The notes beneath the pieces are model-generated. The model ran no database searches. It was not told the origin of the DNA and saw only the letters and a list, made by a program, of their open reading frames with translations. This document shows, in pieces, positions 55,909 through 64,000 of a stretch of 64,000 nt of DNA. Both the position numbers and the translations under genes were made by a program. Each line of letters starts with the position of its first letter. Position 1 is the stretch's first letter. The DNA is from a virus (lineage: Duplodnaviria; Caudoviricetes), in IMG/VR virus record IMGVR_UViG_2895221163_000002, positions 1-64,000 of that record; one strand, written 5' to 3'.

Positions 55909-57667
55909 AGTTAGCTCTCGGGGGCGGAAAACTGCATCCAGCCGGACTGGAATGCGCAAGGCTCTCAAGCAAGCTCCCGTCCCTCCTGCGCTCACATGGT
56001 CAACGGCGTGCCACACCTGGGAAAAACGGATTGTTGCCCGCGAAAGCATCATCCCCTGCCCGCCGCTTTTCCCGGCAGCAGCCAAGCAGGGCATGGATGT
56101 CTTCAATGCTCTGAAGCTCGTCGATGTGATGGGCGAACCGACGATCGGTGAGTCCTGCCGATCCTGGCTGAAGGACTTCGCGGAATCCTTCTTCGGGTCC
56201 TACGATCCGGATACCGGTGTCCGGCACATCAGCGAGTTCTTCCTGCTGGTCAGCAAGAAGAACACCAAGTCGACCATCGCGGCTGGCGTCATGCTGACCC
56301 AGCTGGTTCTGAACTGGCGCCGTTCTGCTGAATTCCTGATCCTGGCACCGACCAAGGAAGCGGCCGACAACGCCTTCAAACCCGCCCGGGACATGGTCCT
56401 GAACGACCCGGACCTGGATGCGATCTTTCACGTCCAGAAGTACAACCGCGTCATCGAGCATCGCCAGACCGGGGCCACGCTCAAGGTCGTGGCTGCTGAC
56501 GGCCAGTCGGTGGTCGGCAAGAAGGCGACCGGCATTCTGGTCGACGAACTCTGGGAGTTTGGCAAAAAGCCGACAGGCGAGAACATGCTCATGGAAGCCA
56601 TGGGCGGCATTTCGTCCCGTCCTGAAGGCTTCGTCATCTATCTTTCCACCCAGTCGGATGAAGAGCCAGCCGGCGTCTTCAAGTCGAAGCTGGAATATGC
56701 CCGCTCCATTCGGGACGGGAAGATCCAGAATAAGAAGTTCTTTCCTGTCATCTACGAGTTTCCGGCCGCGCTGATCGAGGCTGAGAAACACAAGGATCCG
56801 GACTACTGGTACGTCCCCAACCCAAACCTCGGCCTGTCGGTCGGGACCGAGTTCCTGACCAGCCAGTATGACCAGCAGAAGGAAGCCGGCGAAGGCCCGT
56901 TGCGGGTCTGGATGGCCAAGCACCTCAATGTGCAGGTCGGGCTCTCCCTGGGAGAGAAAGCCTGGGCGGGTGCGAAATATTGGGAGCAGCGAGGGGATCC
57001 CAACCTCACCCTGGACGATGTGGTCAGACGCTCCAGTGTCCTGGTCGTGGGAATCGACGGTGGCGGCCTGGACGACTTTCTGTCCATGGCCGTTCTGGGC
57101 TGCGATGCCGAGACCGATGAGTGGCTGCACTGGCAGCGCAGCTGGGTCTATTGCGATGTGCTGAAGACCCGAAAGGAAGAAGCGCCTCGGTATCTCGATT
57201 TCGAGAAACAGCAGGACCTCGTGCTCGTCACGACCATGGCGGACGATATCATCGAGCTGGGCGAAATCGCCGCGGATCTCAACCGATCGGGCAAGTTGGC
57301 GCTAATTGGGCTCGACCCAGCCGGCGTGGCGGAGATCGTCTTCGAGCTGCGTCGGCAGGGGATCGAGGAAAGCCAGATCGTCGGTGTCAGTCAGGGCTGG
57401 AAGCTCACCGGCCCGATCAAAACGCTTGAACGCAAACTGGCAGATGGGTCTTTCCACCATGGCGGCCGGCCGATCATGGCCTGGGCCGTTGGCAATGCGA
57501 AAGCCCAGGCCAAAGGCAACAACATCGAAATTACCAAGCAGCTGGCGGGCGGAAAGAAGATCGATCCCCTGATGGCGCTGTTCGATGCCGTGGCCTGCAT
57601 GTCCAAAAACCCGGAGCCACCCGGACCGAAAAGCATTTTTGACCGTGAGGACCTATGGGATTCCTGA
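55886..57667 (+). CDS. Terminase large subunit
   Basis: KKNTKST, VDELW, GIDGGGLDD, KIDP. Confidence 0.92.
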   Translation: MASDGTVKVSSRGRKTASSRTGMRKALKQAPVPPALTWSTACHTWEKRIVARESIIPCPPLFPAAAKQGMDVFNALKLVDVMGEPTIGESCRSWLKDFAESFFGSYDPDTGVRHISEFFLLVSKKNTKSTIAAGVMLTQLVLNWRRSAEFLILAPTKEAADNAFKPARDMVLNDPDLDAIFHVQKYNRVIEHRQTGATLKVVAADGQSVVGKKATGILVDELWEFGKKPTGENMLMEAMGGISSRPEGFVIYLSTQSDEEPAGVFKSKLEYARSIRDGKIQNKKFFPVIYEFPAALIEAEKHKDPDYWYVPNPNLGLSVGTEFLTSQYDQQKEAGEGPLRVWMAKHLNVQVGLSLGEKAWAGAKYWEQRGDPNLTLDDVVRRSSVLVVGIDGGGLDDFLSMAVLGCDAETDEWLHWQRSWVYCDVLKTRKEEAPRYLDFEKQQDLVLVTTMADDIIELGEIAADLNRSGKLALIGLDPAGVAEIVFELRRQGIEESQIVGVSQGWKLTGPIKTLERKLADGSFHHGGRPIMAWAVGNAKAQAKGNNIEITKQLAGGKKIDPLMALFDAVACMSKNPEPPGPKSIFDREDLWDS

Positions 57668-58980
57668 AGAGTATTTTCGGCGGCTCTCAGCGTCCTCCTT
57701 CGGAGCGCAGAGAGCCTGTTCTGGCGCAGAGCCTCGAAAACCCCAGCACGCCTCTGTCTGAGATTGGCAACTGGAGCGAGTTTCTAGGACTACCGGGGAG
57801 CAGTGATGACTGGATACCACCCACCAGTGAGCGCACAGCCATGGCCTGCTCGGCCGTCTATCGCTGCGTCACGCTGGAAGCCGGCGTTATCGCCGGACTG
57901 CCTCTGAAGATTTATCGTCTCTCGGCCGATGGGCAGCGCGAAGAACTGCCGAACCATCGACTGATACCGCTCCTTCAGACAGCGCCGTTTCCAGGACGTT
58001 CTCTGACGGCCTTCTCATGGCGGGAACTCTGGGGGGTGAATGTCCTGCTCTGGGGCAACCACTACAGCGCCATCCGATATGACGGCGCAGGTCGTGTGAT
58101 TGGCTTTGAAGCCTTTATGCCGTGGCAGGTTCGTGTGGTGCGTCTTCCAAGTAAGCCAGGCGTGAACTTCTATGTCCTGACGCATGAGGATGGCAGCGTT
58201 GAAACCCTTCATCAGGAAGACATGCTGCACATTCCTGGTCCGGGTTTTGACGGGATCAAGGGGCTCTCCCGGATCCAGTCTTTCGCACGCGGCTCTGTCG
58301 GGCTGGCGCGCTCTATGGAAGAGCGCACGGGTCGGGTCCATCAGAACGCCTCGATGCCGAGCGGCATCATGCAGGTGCAGGGCAAAATGTCAGATGACGG
58401 CTTTCGTCGTCTAAGACGCCAACTTCAGGAAGCCCATTCCGGCGTTGCCAACTGGGGAAAGACTGTCATCGCGGATGAAGGGTCGAAATACACGCCCTTT
58501 CAGCTGTCTCCACAGGATCTCCAGACGATCGAAGCCAGACGCTACCAAGTCGCCGATATCTCGCGTTTCTTCGGTGTGCCCCTGCATCTTCTGAACGAAA
58601 CGGACAAGACATCGTCCTGGGGGACCGGTCTGTCCGAGAACACGCTGGCTTACCTGATCTTCTCGCTCGATGCAGACCTGCGCCGGATCGAAAGTGAGCT
58701 GAATTACAAGCTGTTCTCCAACAGTCCTCTTTTCGTGGAATTTGACCGTGATGGCTTGCTGTCTATGGATCCGGAAAAGACCGCAACGGTCATGCAGAGC
58801 GAGATCTCCAGCGGTGTCAGCACGATCAACGAGGCACGCCGGAAGAAAAATCGTCCTCCCGTACCGGGCGGCGATACCCCGCTGATCAACAGCACCAACG
58901 TGCCGTTGACGACACAGGCGGCGAAAGGGCCAGACCAGCCCGCGCCTGTTCCTCCACCTTCACCAGGGCAACAGGAATGA
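57655..58980 (+). CDS. Portal protein (HK97 family)
   Basis: AVY.CV..IA.LPL, GN.Y, G.S.I, I.R.FGVP, T.NE.R. Confidence 0.93.
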   Translation: MGFLKSIFGGSQRPPSERREPVLAQSLENPSTPLSEIGNWSEFLGLPGSSDDWIPPTSERTAMACSAVYRCVTLEAGVIAGLPLKIYRLSADGQREELPNHRLIPLLQTAPFPGRSLTAFSWRELWGVNVLLWGNHYSAIRYDGAGRVIGFEAFMPWQVRVVRLPSKPGVNFYVLTHEDGSVETLHQEDMLHIPGPGFDGIKGLSRIQSFARGSVGLARSMEERTGRVHQNASMPSGIMQVQGKMSDDGFRRLRRQLQEAHSGVANWGKTVIADEGSKYTPFQLSPQDLQTIEARRYQVADISRFFGVPLHLLNETDKTSSWGTGLSENTLAYLIFSLDADLRRIESELNYKLFSNSPLFVEFDRDGLLSMDPEKTATVMQSEISSGVSTINEARRKKNRPPVPGGDTPLINSTNVPLTTQAAKGPDQPAPVPPPSPGQQE

Positions 58981-59711
58981 AACGCTATGATGCCCAGGCG
59001 GGCCGGTTTTCGAACCGAGCCCTTCTGGCCTTCACGCAGGCAGGGCTCCCGCAGACCCTGAGCAGCCGGCCACGGGCTGACGGCAAGCCGGCCGAGATCC
59101 TGCTCTATGACGAAATCGGCTTCTGGGGCGTGACGGCCAAGGACTTTGCCGGCCAGCTGGCGCAGGTCGGTCCCGGGCCAATTAATCTACGGATCAACAG
59201 TCCAGGCGGGGATGTCTTTGACGGCCTCGCCATCTATTCGTCGCTCAAGCAGCATGATGGCGCAGTCAACGTCATCATCGACGGCCTGGCGGCCTCGGCG
59301 GCCTCCTATATCGCTCTTGCCGGCGATACGGTCTCGATTGCGCCCAATGCGTTTATGATGATCCACAACGCCTGGGGGCTTGTGATCGGCAACAAGGCCG
59401 ACATGACGGCAACGGCAGGTGTCATGTCCAAGATCGACGGCCAGATGGCGGCGCTCTATTCGGGCAAGACAGGCCAGAGCGTCGACGCCATTTCGGCCCA
59501 GATGGATGCCGAGACCTGGTTCACGGCCCAAGAAGCCCTGGATGCAGGTCTGGCGGATGTCATTGTCGATGATGACCGCTCCGGAGGCAGTGCTCCTTCC
59601 GCCAAGGCGACGCAGTCTCCGCCTGAGGATCTGCTCGCTCAGGCTGGGGAAATCGCCCTTGCGTCGCGCCGGCGTATGGCCCGTCTGGCTGAAGCCGAAA
59701 ACACTCTCTGA
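58977..59711 (+). CDS. ClpP-type head maturation protease
   Basis: INSPGGDVFDG, GLAASAAS, MIHN, ETWF.A.EA. Confidence 0.92.
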   Translation: MKRYDAQAGRFSNRALLAFTQAGLPQTLSSRPRADGKPAEILLYDEIGFWGVTAKDFAGQLAQVGPGPINLRINSPGGDVFDGLAIYSSLKQHDGAVNVIIDGLAASAASYIALAGDTVSIAPNAFMMIHNAWGLVIGNKADMTATAGVMSKIDGQMAALYSGKTGQSVDAISAQMDAETWFTAQEALDAGLADVIVDDDRSGGSAPSAKATQSPPEDLLAQAGEIALASRRRMARLAEAENTL

Positions 59712-59815
59712 CCATGCCCTGACCTCCCTGCGAGGCAAGATCAGGTCATGACCCTTTTGGGATGCCGCCGATAGAGCGTGGCAGCCCCCCTTTCATTGCA
59801 AAAACAGGAATATCC

Positions 59816-61060
59816 ATGCGTTCCAAGGAACTGCGCGCCAAGCGTGCAAAGCTGATTTCTGACGCCAGCGCCCTGATCAACGGCGAGACCGTCACTGCCG
59901 AACAGACTGCCCAGTTCGATGCCATGATGGCCGAAGCGGACGAGCTCAAGGCGCGAATTGACCGCATTGAGAGCGCAGAAGCGGCTGAAGCGGAACTGGC
60001 TGGCCAGATCGCGGCTCGTGGCGAAAACGACGGTCGTGGCGCTGATGAACAGCGCGATCGTGAGACGCAGGAAGTCCGCGTTTTCGGTGCGTGGCTTCGT
60101 GGCGGCATGGATAGCCTCTCTGGTGAGGATCGGGCTTTTGCTGCTCTGCAAGCGCAGCGTGGTAGCGAATTCCGCGCCGCTCAGAGCACACAAACGGGTC
60201 CTGCTGGTGGCTATCTCGTTCCGCCCCTTTTCGCAGACCAGATCCTGACAGCTCTGAAGGCTTACTTCACGGCTTTGGATCTGTTTGACGAAATCCCGAC
60301 CGCAACAGGCGCTCCCCTGCCCTGGCCTACCAATGATGACACGGCCGCCCGCGCCAAGATCATCGGCGAGAACACGACGATCGGCACAAGCGACCTGAAA
60401 TTCGGGCTGTCCAACGTCTTGGCCTATCTGTACGCCACAGACGCCGTTCTGGTGCCCTGGACGTTGATGCAGGATTCCTTCCTGGATCTGGACACCTTCC
60501 TCACCTCTGCTCTGTCCACCCGTTTTGGACGTACGTTGGCTGACGATTTGACGAATGGCACGGGCACGAACATGCCACAGGGTGTCTGCACTGCGGCTGG
60601 CGTTGGTTTTACGACAGCGGCCGTGGATATCGGCTATGACGATATCATCGAACTGATCCATAGCGTGGACCCGGCTTATCGCCAGGGTGCGACGTTTATG
60701 TTCAACGACACGACCCTCAAAGTCCTGCGCAAGATGAAGGATAATGAAGGTCGCCCGCTTTGGTCGCCCGCGGTCGCAGTCGGCGCGCCTGATACGTTTG
60801 CCGGCTATGCCATGAATATCAATCAGAGCATGCCAAGCGTTGCAGCTGGCAATAAAGCCATGCTGTTCGGCAGCTTCAAGAACTACAAGTTCCGCAACGT
60901 AAAAGGCATGTCCGTGGTGCGCCTCAATGAGCGTTACGCGGACGCTTTGCAGACGGCTTTCTTCGGATATGGCCGTTATGGCGGCGGCATGCCGACGCCT
61001 GGTGCTGCCATCCAGGCTCTCGTCACTGGTGCCGCTGCCAGTGGCGGCTCAGGCGGCTAA
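59816..61060 (+). CDS. Major capsid protein (HK97 family)
   Basis: GGYLVP, G.G...P.G, KD.EGRPLW, FG.F..Y. Confidence 0.93.
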   Translation: MRSKELRAKRAKLISDASALINGETVTAEQTAQFDAMMAEADELKARIDRIESAEAAEAELAGQIAARGENDGRGADEQRDRETQEVRVFGAWLRGGMDSLSGEDRAFAALQAQRGSEFRAAQSTQTGPAGGYLVPPLFADQILTALKAYFTALDLFDEIPTATGAPLPWPTNDDTAARAKIIGENTTIGTSDLKFGLSNVLAYLYATDAVLVPWTLMQDSFLDLDTFLTSALSTRFGRTLADDLTNGTGTNMPQGVCTAAGVGFTTAAVDIGYDDIIELIHSVDPAYRQGATFMFNDTTLKVLRKMKDNEGRPLWSPAVAVGAPDTFAGYAMNINQSMPSVAAGNKAMLFGSFKNYKFRNVKGMSVVRLNERYADALQTAFFGYGRYGGGMPTPGAAIQALVTGAAASGGSGG

Positions 61061-61081
61061 TGACACGCAGGAGGCTGATCA

Positions 61082-61732
61082 GTGAGAAGCATTCCTATCG
61101 GATCAGCTCCTGTAACGGTTCCCCTGGCATCCGTGCAGGATCTGATGACGGATCTGGGCATCACGGATGCCCAGGCCTCAGATACGCTTGAGCAGCATCT
61201 TCTGGATGCAACCGAGGCCGTTCTGGCGTTCATCGGCCGGCCGATCCTGTCCCAGACCTGGCAGGATCAGGTCTTTGTCCGACACTTCCCCCGGACCTTG
61301 TCCCTTCTGGTTGCGGCCTACCCCGTCCAGAAGGTTCTGGGGATCGTCCGCAACGGGACAGCGTTGTCTCAGGATGAAATTGACGGTCTCGTCATCGCGG
61401 ATGAAACCGGCGAGATCTTCCGTCCGGATGCAGAGCGTCCGTTCTGGCATCCAGGACGCTATGAAATCACCTATCAGGCCGGATATCAGCTTCCGGCCAC
61501 GCAGGACGATGGCACGGCGCTTCCTGGGAACATTCCTCGGCCGATCCAGCTCGCTGTCCGCAGGGTTGCGGCAGCGGCCTACTATGCAGAAGGTCGTGAC
61601 CCCTCCCTGAAGTCCGAAAGTGCCCAGGGCATTGGCTCGACCAGCTGGGTCACACCTGACCCAGCCCTGGGTGGCCTGACACCTGAAGCGGCTGGCCTCG
61701 TCCAGCGCTACCAGTCTCCGGGGACGGCGTGA
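61082..61732 (+). CDS. Head-tail connector protein
   Basis: GR.I..QT, Y.AGY, P..I..A; follows the capsid gene. Confidence 0.75.
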   Translation: MRSIPIGSAPVTVPLASVQDLMTDLGITDAQASDTLEQHLLDATEAVLAFIGRPILSQTWQDQVFVRHFPRTLSLLVAAYPVQKVLGIVRNGTALSQDEIDGLVIADETGEIFRPDAERPFWHPGRYEITYQAGYQLPATQDDGTALPGNIPRPIQLAVRRVAAAAYYAEGRDPSLKSESAQGIGSTSWVTPDPALGGLTPEAAGLVQRYQSPGTA

Positions 61733-62058
61733 TGGGATATCAGGCAGACTGCCGTCGTCGGCAGATCCGCAAGAAAGGCCGGCTGATGACACTGTCACGG
61801 CCGAGCGAGAGCAGCCCGGTCACGCTGATGGCCTATGCCGCACCGCCCGCGACAGCCGCACTGGAATCAGGCGTGTCCGTCATGCCGTTTGTGGCCGAGA
61901 CCCTGAATGACGAGCTGGCGGCAGCGGGTTACGGCCAGCCCCGGAATGCTGACATCCTAACGGATGGCGGTCGTCAATACGCGCTGACAGACGCCACGCC
62001 CGTTTATGACGGTAGTGAAATCTGCGGCTGGAAACTCATTGCAGCAGGTGGAACATGA
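61729..62058 (+). CDS. Head closure protein
   Basis: Position and size. Confidence 0.6.
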   Translation: MMGYQADCRRRQIRKKGRLMTLSRPSESSPVTLMAYAAPPATAALESGVSVMPFVAETLNDELAAAGYGQPRNADILTDGGRQYALTDATPVYDGSEICGWKLIAAGGT

Positions 62059-62477
62059 CCTCTCCCATCGTCTGGCAGGATGCCTTTGACCGTGCCACGG
62101 CCGCTGCTGCTCCGCTGGGGCTGGCGGTCAAGGACATTCTTGCTCAGAACCTCGATCAGAACACGGCCCCATGGGTCTATTTCGAGACAGCCAGTGCCTC
62201 TGCCGGCCGCCTGGGCATGGGTGAGATCGTCGACGAAGAAACCGGCCAGATCTGGCTGCACCTAATGGTGCGGCGCGGAACGGGCGCGATCGACGCCATC
62301 ACGAAACGCAAGGCTCTGTCCGTCGCGTTTCGGGTGCCGGTCGCGCCGCTCCCTGCCGGTCTGTTCTACGATGATCAGGGCTTTGATCCGCCCGACGACG
62401 ACCAGACCGGCAACTGGGTCCGCTTCTCCCTGATGGTGGACTATCGCTACCAGGACATCGTCCTGCCGGCATCCTGA
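62055..62477 (+). CDS. Tail terminator protein
   Basis: PWV, E.G, G.G; precedes the tail tube gene. Confidence 0.7.
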   Translation: MTSPIVWQDAFDRATAAAAPLGLAVKDILAQNLDQNTAPWVYFETASASAGRLGMGEIVDEETGQIWLHLMVRRGTGAIDAITKRKALSVAFRVPVAPLPAGLFYDDQGFDPPDDDQTGNWVRFSLMVDYRYQDIVLPAS

Positions 62478-62490
62478 AATTCCTGACACA

Positions 62491-62513
62491 GCCACCTCCG
62501 GGTGGCTTTTTTT
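62491..62513 (+). terminator. Terminator-like hairpin before the major tail gene
   Basis: GCCACCTCCGGGTGGC followed by TTTTTTT. Confidence 0.65.
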
Positions 62514-62525
62514 ATGAGGTGAGAC

Positions 62526-63494
62526 ATGGCCTTTACCGGTGCCACGGCAGGCTATCAGGCCGCCGCGCAGGCGAACGATACCGCCATTTCCTATGCCATG
62601 GAGCCGAACTACGGCGTCCCGGCCACGGGAAACTACCAGCGCACCCGCTTTACGGGTGAAAACTTCAAACCGACGGACACGACCCAGCGCCCGGACGAGA
62701 TCAACGCTGACATCGAAGCGGCGCAGGCTGTCCTGACGCAGACCTCTGTGGCCGGCACACTGTCGGGCGCGCTGTCTTATGGCACCTATGACGACATGCT
62801 GGCGGCCGTGCTGGGTGCAGACTGGGCTGACAACGTCGTGCAGAACGGTGCGGTCGTGAAGACCTGGACGCTCATCGAAAAGATGAACGCCAAATGGCTG
62901 GTGCGTCCAGGCAGCTACTGCACACAGGCACAGCTGACTTTTGCCCAGGGCAGCTTTGCCTCTACGTCTTTCGACTTCTCCTGCAAGCAGCAGACGCTCG
63001 CGGATGCCGATCCGGCCACGACCTACACGGACGCGCCCACAGGGCGTGTGTTCAACACGGTCGACAACTTCGTCGGCATGACCGTGAACGGCGTGGCTCC
63101 GGATGGCTGCGTCAAGCAGGTCCAGATTACGCTGGCCCGCGACGGCTCGGGGTCGGACTATGGCATGGGCCATGCCGATGCCTGCGGGATCCGCCCCGGC
63201 CAGATCCTCGCCTCCGGATCGACGCAGATCTTTTTCAAGACCTGGGATCTGTATCAGGTCTGGGCCAATGGAACGCAGGGACCGATCGCCGTTACGGTCA
63301 AGGATGCGGACGGCAACAGCTATGTCCTGACCTTCCTGAATGCGGCGCTGCGCAATCCGGTGATCGATGTCGGCAGCAAAAACACCTCGATCATCGCCAC
63401 CTTCGACATCGAGGGCAATCCGCAGGCCGGCGGTGGCACCTTCAAGATCCAGCGCATCCCGGCCGCACCGCCAGCCGCGCCTTCTGGCGGCTGA
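62526..63494 (+). CDS. Major tail tube protein
   Basis: E..YG.P, R.TGE, G.LSYG.YD; T/G-rich; no sheath gene. Confidence 0.83.
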   Translation: MAFTGATAGYQAAAQANDTAISYAMEPNYGVPATGNYQRTRFTGENFKPTDTTQRPDEINADIEAAQAVLTQTSVAGTLSGALSYGTYDDMLAAVLGADWADNVVQNGAVVKTWTLIEKMNAKWLVRPGSYCTQAQLTFAQGSFASTSFDFSCKQQTLADADPATTYTDAPTGRVFNTVDNFVGMTVNGVAPDGCVKQVQITLARDGSGSDYGMGHADACGIRPGQILASGSTQIFFKTWDLYQVWANGTQGPIAVTVKDADGNSYVLTFLNAALRNPVIDVGSKNTSIIATFDIEGNPQAGGGTFKIQRIPAAPPAAPSGG

Positions 63495-63545
63495 TCCCCG
63501 GAGCTCCGAACTTTTTATCCCTCATTTCAGACTGGAAAAATTAAC

Positions 63546-63983
63546 ATGGCCAAGCTCTCTGCCTTTTCGCGCGACCTCAGCAAGGTGTCTTCCGGCGAGG
63601 AGATCGAAGTCGGTCCGGAAGGGAATACCTTCTTCATCACCACGCGCGGCTTCACGCCGGCGTACCGCGACACGCTCTATGCGCTGCGTCTGGAAGCAGC
63701 CCGTGAGCTGAACCGCTCCCAGCGTGCCGGTGCTGGTTTCTACGCTCCGGATGCCCTGCCCCCGACCACGGATGATGTCTGTCAGGGCAAGGCGATTGCC
63801 CGTGAATGCGTCCAGGGTGTGCGTGGTCTGGAGGGTACGGATGATCAGCCCGTCTCTGTCGATGACTTCCGCGGCATGCTGGAAAGCGGCAACTACCCGG
63901 CTCTGACTACGCTCGCCATCATGGCAGCCGGCCGTGTCGGCAGCGACCGCGCCGAACAAGCCAAGGCCGCAGCGGGAAACTGA
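63546..63983 (+). CDS. Tail assembly chaperone (gpG-like) with GGGAAAC slippery site
   Basis: Follows the tube gene; ends A-G-N-stop on G GGA AAC. Confidence 0.78.
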   Translation: MAKLSAFSRDLSKVSSGEEIEVGPEGNTFFITTRGFTPAYRDTLYALRLEAARELNRSQRAGAGFYAPDALPPTTDDVCQGKAIARECVQGVRGLEGTDDQPVSVDDFRGMLESGNYPALTTLAIMAAGRVGSDRAEQAKAAAGN

Positions 63984-64000
63984 TTGCAGCACTCCAGTGG

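Larger units (their letters stand above)
44627..64000. mobile_element. Prophage B (HK97-type head, non-contractile tail); continues beyond the window
   Basis: int-xis, CI/Cro/CII, replication, HNH-terminase-portal-ClpP-capsid-tail gene order. Confidence 0.9.

Noticed and set aside
56000-63173. Long minus-strand ORFs (376, 306 and 303 aa) opposite terL, capsid and tail tube
   Set aside because: Antisense shadows of GC-rich conserved genes, with no motifs

Overview
Nearly the whole window is two back-to-back temperate prophages in a moderately GC-rich host, probably an alphaproteobacterium such as an acetic acid bacterium (inferred from gene content, not verified). Prophage A (~1-44578; left boundary outside the window) has a lambda-type head/packaging module, a Mu-type contractile tail, DnaB-based replication, a CI/Cro switch and xis-int. 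Its late genes lie on the minus strand. Prophage B (44627 to beyond the window end) has a closely related, oppositely oriented int-xis, CI/Cro/CII, an iteron-containing replication gene, an HK97-type head and a siphovirus-type tail. A 48-bp 3' half of tRNA-Val(CAC) at 44579-44626 marks the att junction. AT-rich accessory genes include an OLD-family ATPase/TOPRIM nuclease, an orphan GhoS-like RNase, a soluble + 4-TM gene pair with RexAB-like architecture, a membrane-anchored WYL protein, an extended CatB/Vat-type acetyltransferase and brnTA-hicB. The most unusual observations are: (i) a 788-aa tail-fibre/spike-like protein with an apparent Sec signal peptide and four local Cys pairs; (ii) a lysis cassette with no recognisable Rz/Rz1, but with two lipoproteins flanking a papain-like protease; (iii) the two-gene candidate defence cassette at the att junction; (iv) an RBS-sequestering leader hairpin shared by both prophages; (v) a resolvase with an 11-6-11 recombination-like site. 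All family assignments come from motif recognition and gene order by eye; no database searches were run.
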